This document shows positions 61,163-64,000 of a stretch of DNA of 64,000 bases, piece after piece. Location of the stretch: assembly GCA_963733035.1 (NCBI GenBank), contig CAVTBU010000008.1, forward strand, positions 1 through 64,000. Reading direction: 5' to 3'. Numbering within the stretch: the stretch's first letter is position 1; every line of letters starts with the position of its first letter. The position numbers and the translations under genes were made by a program. The stretch is from Pirellulales bacterium. Its GTDB lineage: Bacteria; Planctomycetota; Planctomycetia; Pirellulales; PALSA-1355. The notes beneath the pieces were generated by a model. The model was not told the origin of the DNA. It made no database searches and was given only the letters and a program-made list of their open reading frames with translations.

Positions 61163-62837
61163 ATGGACGTTTCTAGCAAAACCGTATTGATTCTTGGCGC
61201 AGGCATCAACGGCTGCGCAATTGCGCGCGAGTTGGCGATCAACGGCATCAATGTGTGGATTGTCGACGCGGCCGATATTGCCTCCGGAGCTACTTCCGGC
61301 TCGTCGCGGCTGATCCATGGAGGACTACGCTATCTCGAATATGGTGAGTTCGACCTGGTCAAAGAGTCTCTCGCCGAACGCACCCGACTACTTCGTCTTG
61401 CGCCTCAATTCGTGCGTCCCTTACGGCTCTGGATTCCGGCGGAAGGTCGTCTGGGCGGCCTGATCCCGGCGGTCGGCCGGTTTTTTGGCTGGAGTTGGTG
61501 GCCGCAACCCAAATCGCCGCGAGGTTCCCTGCTGATCAGTGCGGGGTTGATGTTTTACGACGCATATGCGCATGACGCGACGTTGCCGAAACATACCTGC
61601 GGCCCAGTTAACGCGGCCGACGCACCCAGAGTCGACCAGCGCCAATATCATCAGCTCTGTTCGTACTACGATGGACAAGTGGAGTTTCCCGAGCGCCTCG
61701 TGTGCTCGATGCTGGCCGACGCCAAGCAGTTGTCGACCCAGCAAGGACTTGACTTCCGCTTGTTCAACTATCATCGCGCAAAACTAGTGGAAGACACCGT
61801 CGAGATCACGCCCGTCGAGACGGCTCCACAGTCGAGCCCACCCGTTTCGCTTCGGCCGTCGATCATCGTCAATGCCACCGGTGCCTGGGTCGATGAAACT
61901 CTTGAGCGTCTGCAGATCCCGGCCGACCGACTGATGGGTGGAACGAAAGGCAGTCATCTGTTTTCGTTCAGCCCTCGACTAAAGGACCAGTTGGCAGGGC
62001 AGGGGATCTATGCCGAAGCTCGCGACGGCCGACCCATCTTCATCACTCCGCTTGGGGATACGATTCTGATCGGCACCACGGACATGCCGTTCAGCGGTTC
62101 GCCCCAGACCGCACAAGCCTCCGAGACGGAGATTCAATATCTCCTCGACTCCGCGAATGCTATCCTCCCCGGCGCACAACTGTCGCCAAGCGACGTCAAC
62201 TTTCACTATACGCGCCGTGCGTCCACTACCGTATGTGCATGCCCGCACCACCGGCGCAATCACCCGCCGTCACTTCTTTGTCGAGCACGAGCATCCGTCG
62301 GTGCCAGTGTTTTCGATTGTCGGTGGGAAACTGACGACAATGCGTTCGCTTGCCGAACAGGCGGCGGCGGACGTTCTCAAGCACTTCGGTCGTACGCCAA
62401 CGGCAAACTCACGGGAGCGGCCGTTTCCTGGCGCCGAAAACTTCCCAACATCGGTCGCAGGCGTCGACGCAGCCGTCAACAAGATCGCAACGACCACAGG
62501 TTTCTCCACCGCCAGCGTAGGCGCGGCTTGGACGCTGCTCGGCACGCGGTGCGAATCGGTGCTGGCCGCCGCGACAGATCATGAACTTCTTCCAACGAGC
62601 GACCTGCCGGTCGCGCTTGTTCGCTGGTCCATTCGCGAGGAACAGGTGCACGCGGTTGCTGACCTGGTCGAGCGGCGATTGATGCTCCTTTACGACGAGC
62701 GACTTTCACTGGCCTGCGTTCGGAGACTTGCCGAGCTACTCGCCGAGCAAGGTCGCTTGGTCGCATCGGAGGTCGATGCGGCAACGTCGTCGGAAATCGC
62801 GCGACTGGCGGCTCACTTCGGAAAGTCGGTCGCCTGA
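61163..62837 (+). pseudogene. glpD: FAD-dependent glycerol-3-phosphate dehydrogenase, frameshifted near 62208-62212
   Basis: GAGINGCAIARE, SSRLIHGGLRYLE, VNATGAWVD, KGSH, IGTTD in frame 61061; AVRPLP..ITRRH..GGKLTT in frame 62157; one extra base. Confidence 0.85.
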
Positions 62838-62927
62838 CGAGTCGGGCCTTGAACCCTGTCGGGCTGAGCGTTCCAATAGTCGGAACCTTTCAATACTCGG
62901 TTGGCATTCACAACGGAAGGCGACGTC

Positions 62928-64000
62928 ATGGCAGGCAAATTCATACTCGCGTTGGACCAAGGCACGACGTCAAGCCGGGCGATTATTTTTCGTCACGACG
63001 GCGCAATCGTTTCCGTGGCTCAACAGGAATTCGAACAAATCTTGCCCGCACCCGGACACGTCGAACATGATCCCGAGGCCATCTGGTCGTCGCAGCTCGA
63101 CGTGGCGCGGCAAGCGCTCGCAGGCGCCAAGCTTTCGGCTTCAGACATTGCCGCCCTGGGCATCACGAACCAGCGAGAAACCGCCATTCTATGGGAAAGG
63201 GAAACGGGCCGCCCCGTGGCAAACGCGATTGTCTGGCAAAGTCGCATCACGGCCCCGATCTGCGATCGCCTCAAAGCCGACAACCTGGAAGAAACGTTTC
63301 GAGAAAAAACCGGACTGGTCATCGACGCCTATTTCTCGGCCACGAAGATCAAACACCTGCTCGATACGATTCCAAGACTTCGAACGCGGGCCGAGGCCGG
63401 TGAGATTCTGTTCGGGACCGTCGACAGTTGGCTCATCTGGCGCTTGACCGAGGGCCGACGCCACGTCACCGATTACAGCAACGCGAGCCGGACGCTGATT
63501 TTCAATATTCACAGGCTCGATTGGGACGACGAACTGCTAAAGATCCTGAACATCCCGCGGGTCATGTTACCCGAAGTCGTGCCGTCAAGTGGGGCGCTCG
63601 GCGAAACGGCAACCAAATGGTTTGGCGGCGCGATACCCATCGCTGGATGCGCCGGCGATCAACAGGCCGCGACGTTCGGCCAGGCATGCTTTGAACCGGG
63701 AAGCGCGAAAAACACTTACGGCACCGGTTGCTTTCTGCTGATGAATACCGGGCACGAGCCCGTGGCATCCCAGAACCGGCTACTCACCACCATTGGCTGG
63801 GGACGCGACGGCAAGATCACCTACTGCCTCGAAGGGGGCGTGTTTATCGGAGGTGCCGTCGTGCAGTGGCTCCGAGACGGCCTGCGACTCATCGAAAAAT
63901 CGGTGGATGTCGAAAGGCTTGCCGCACAGGTCGATGATACGCACGGCGTCTTCCTCGTACCCGCATTTGTCGGCCTGGGCGCGCCGTATTGGGACCCCTA
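62928..64000 (+). CDS. glpK: Glycerol kinase, truncated by the window end
   Basis: [71 protein letters not shown]. Confidence 0.97.
   Translation, partial: MAGKFILALDQGTTSSRAIIFRHDGAIVSVAQQEFEQILPAPGHVEHDPEAIWSSQLDVARQALAGAKLSASDIAALGITNQRETAILWERETGRPVANAIVWQSRITAPICDRLKADNLEETFREKTGLVIDAYFSATKIKHLLDTIPRLRTRAEAGEILFGTVDSWLIWRLTEGRRHVTDYSNASRTLIFNIHRLDWDDELLKILNIPRVMLPEVVPSSGALGETATKWFGGAIPIAGCAGDQQAATFGQACFEPGSAKNTYGTGCFLLMNTGHEPVASQNRLLTTIGWGRDGKITYCLEGGVFIGGAVVQWLRDGLRLIEKSVDVERLAAQVDDTHGVFLVPAFVGLGAPYWDP

Overview
High-GC bacterial chromosome segment whose gene content points to Planctomycetota, probably Pirellulales-like (inference from PEP-CTERM/FGE proteins, mfnB, a DUF11 protein, a Tat-exported Gfo/Idh/MocA enzyme and an ECF sigma trio). 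The first ~6 kb look like a decayed island at the 3' end of tRNA-Cys. It holds one long ORF missing from the ORF track, which joins two secreted PEP-CTERM modules in frame through an internal sorting signal and a second signal peptide. It also holds a proteasome-beta-like (Thr-Ntn) gene split by a complete IS256 with an 8-bp target duplication, an excisionase-like HTH and orphan membrane ORFs. The rest is mostly core metabolism: DapA-like, sodC, a type II FAS/PKS-like cluster, ptsI, M16 peptidase, trmL, ppc, corA, typA, rnd, mfnB and glpD-glpK. Other notable structure: a 2.4-kb near-identical direct duplication of ACP-dehydratase-ketosynthase 13,724 bp apart with a distinct G/T-rich codon signature, an HUH (Y1) transposase bracketed by inverted REP-like palindromes, a cysteine-free Cu/Zn SOD, and four single-base frameshifts that may be sequencing errors. 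All product calls come from motif recognition by eye, not database searches.
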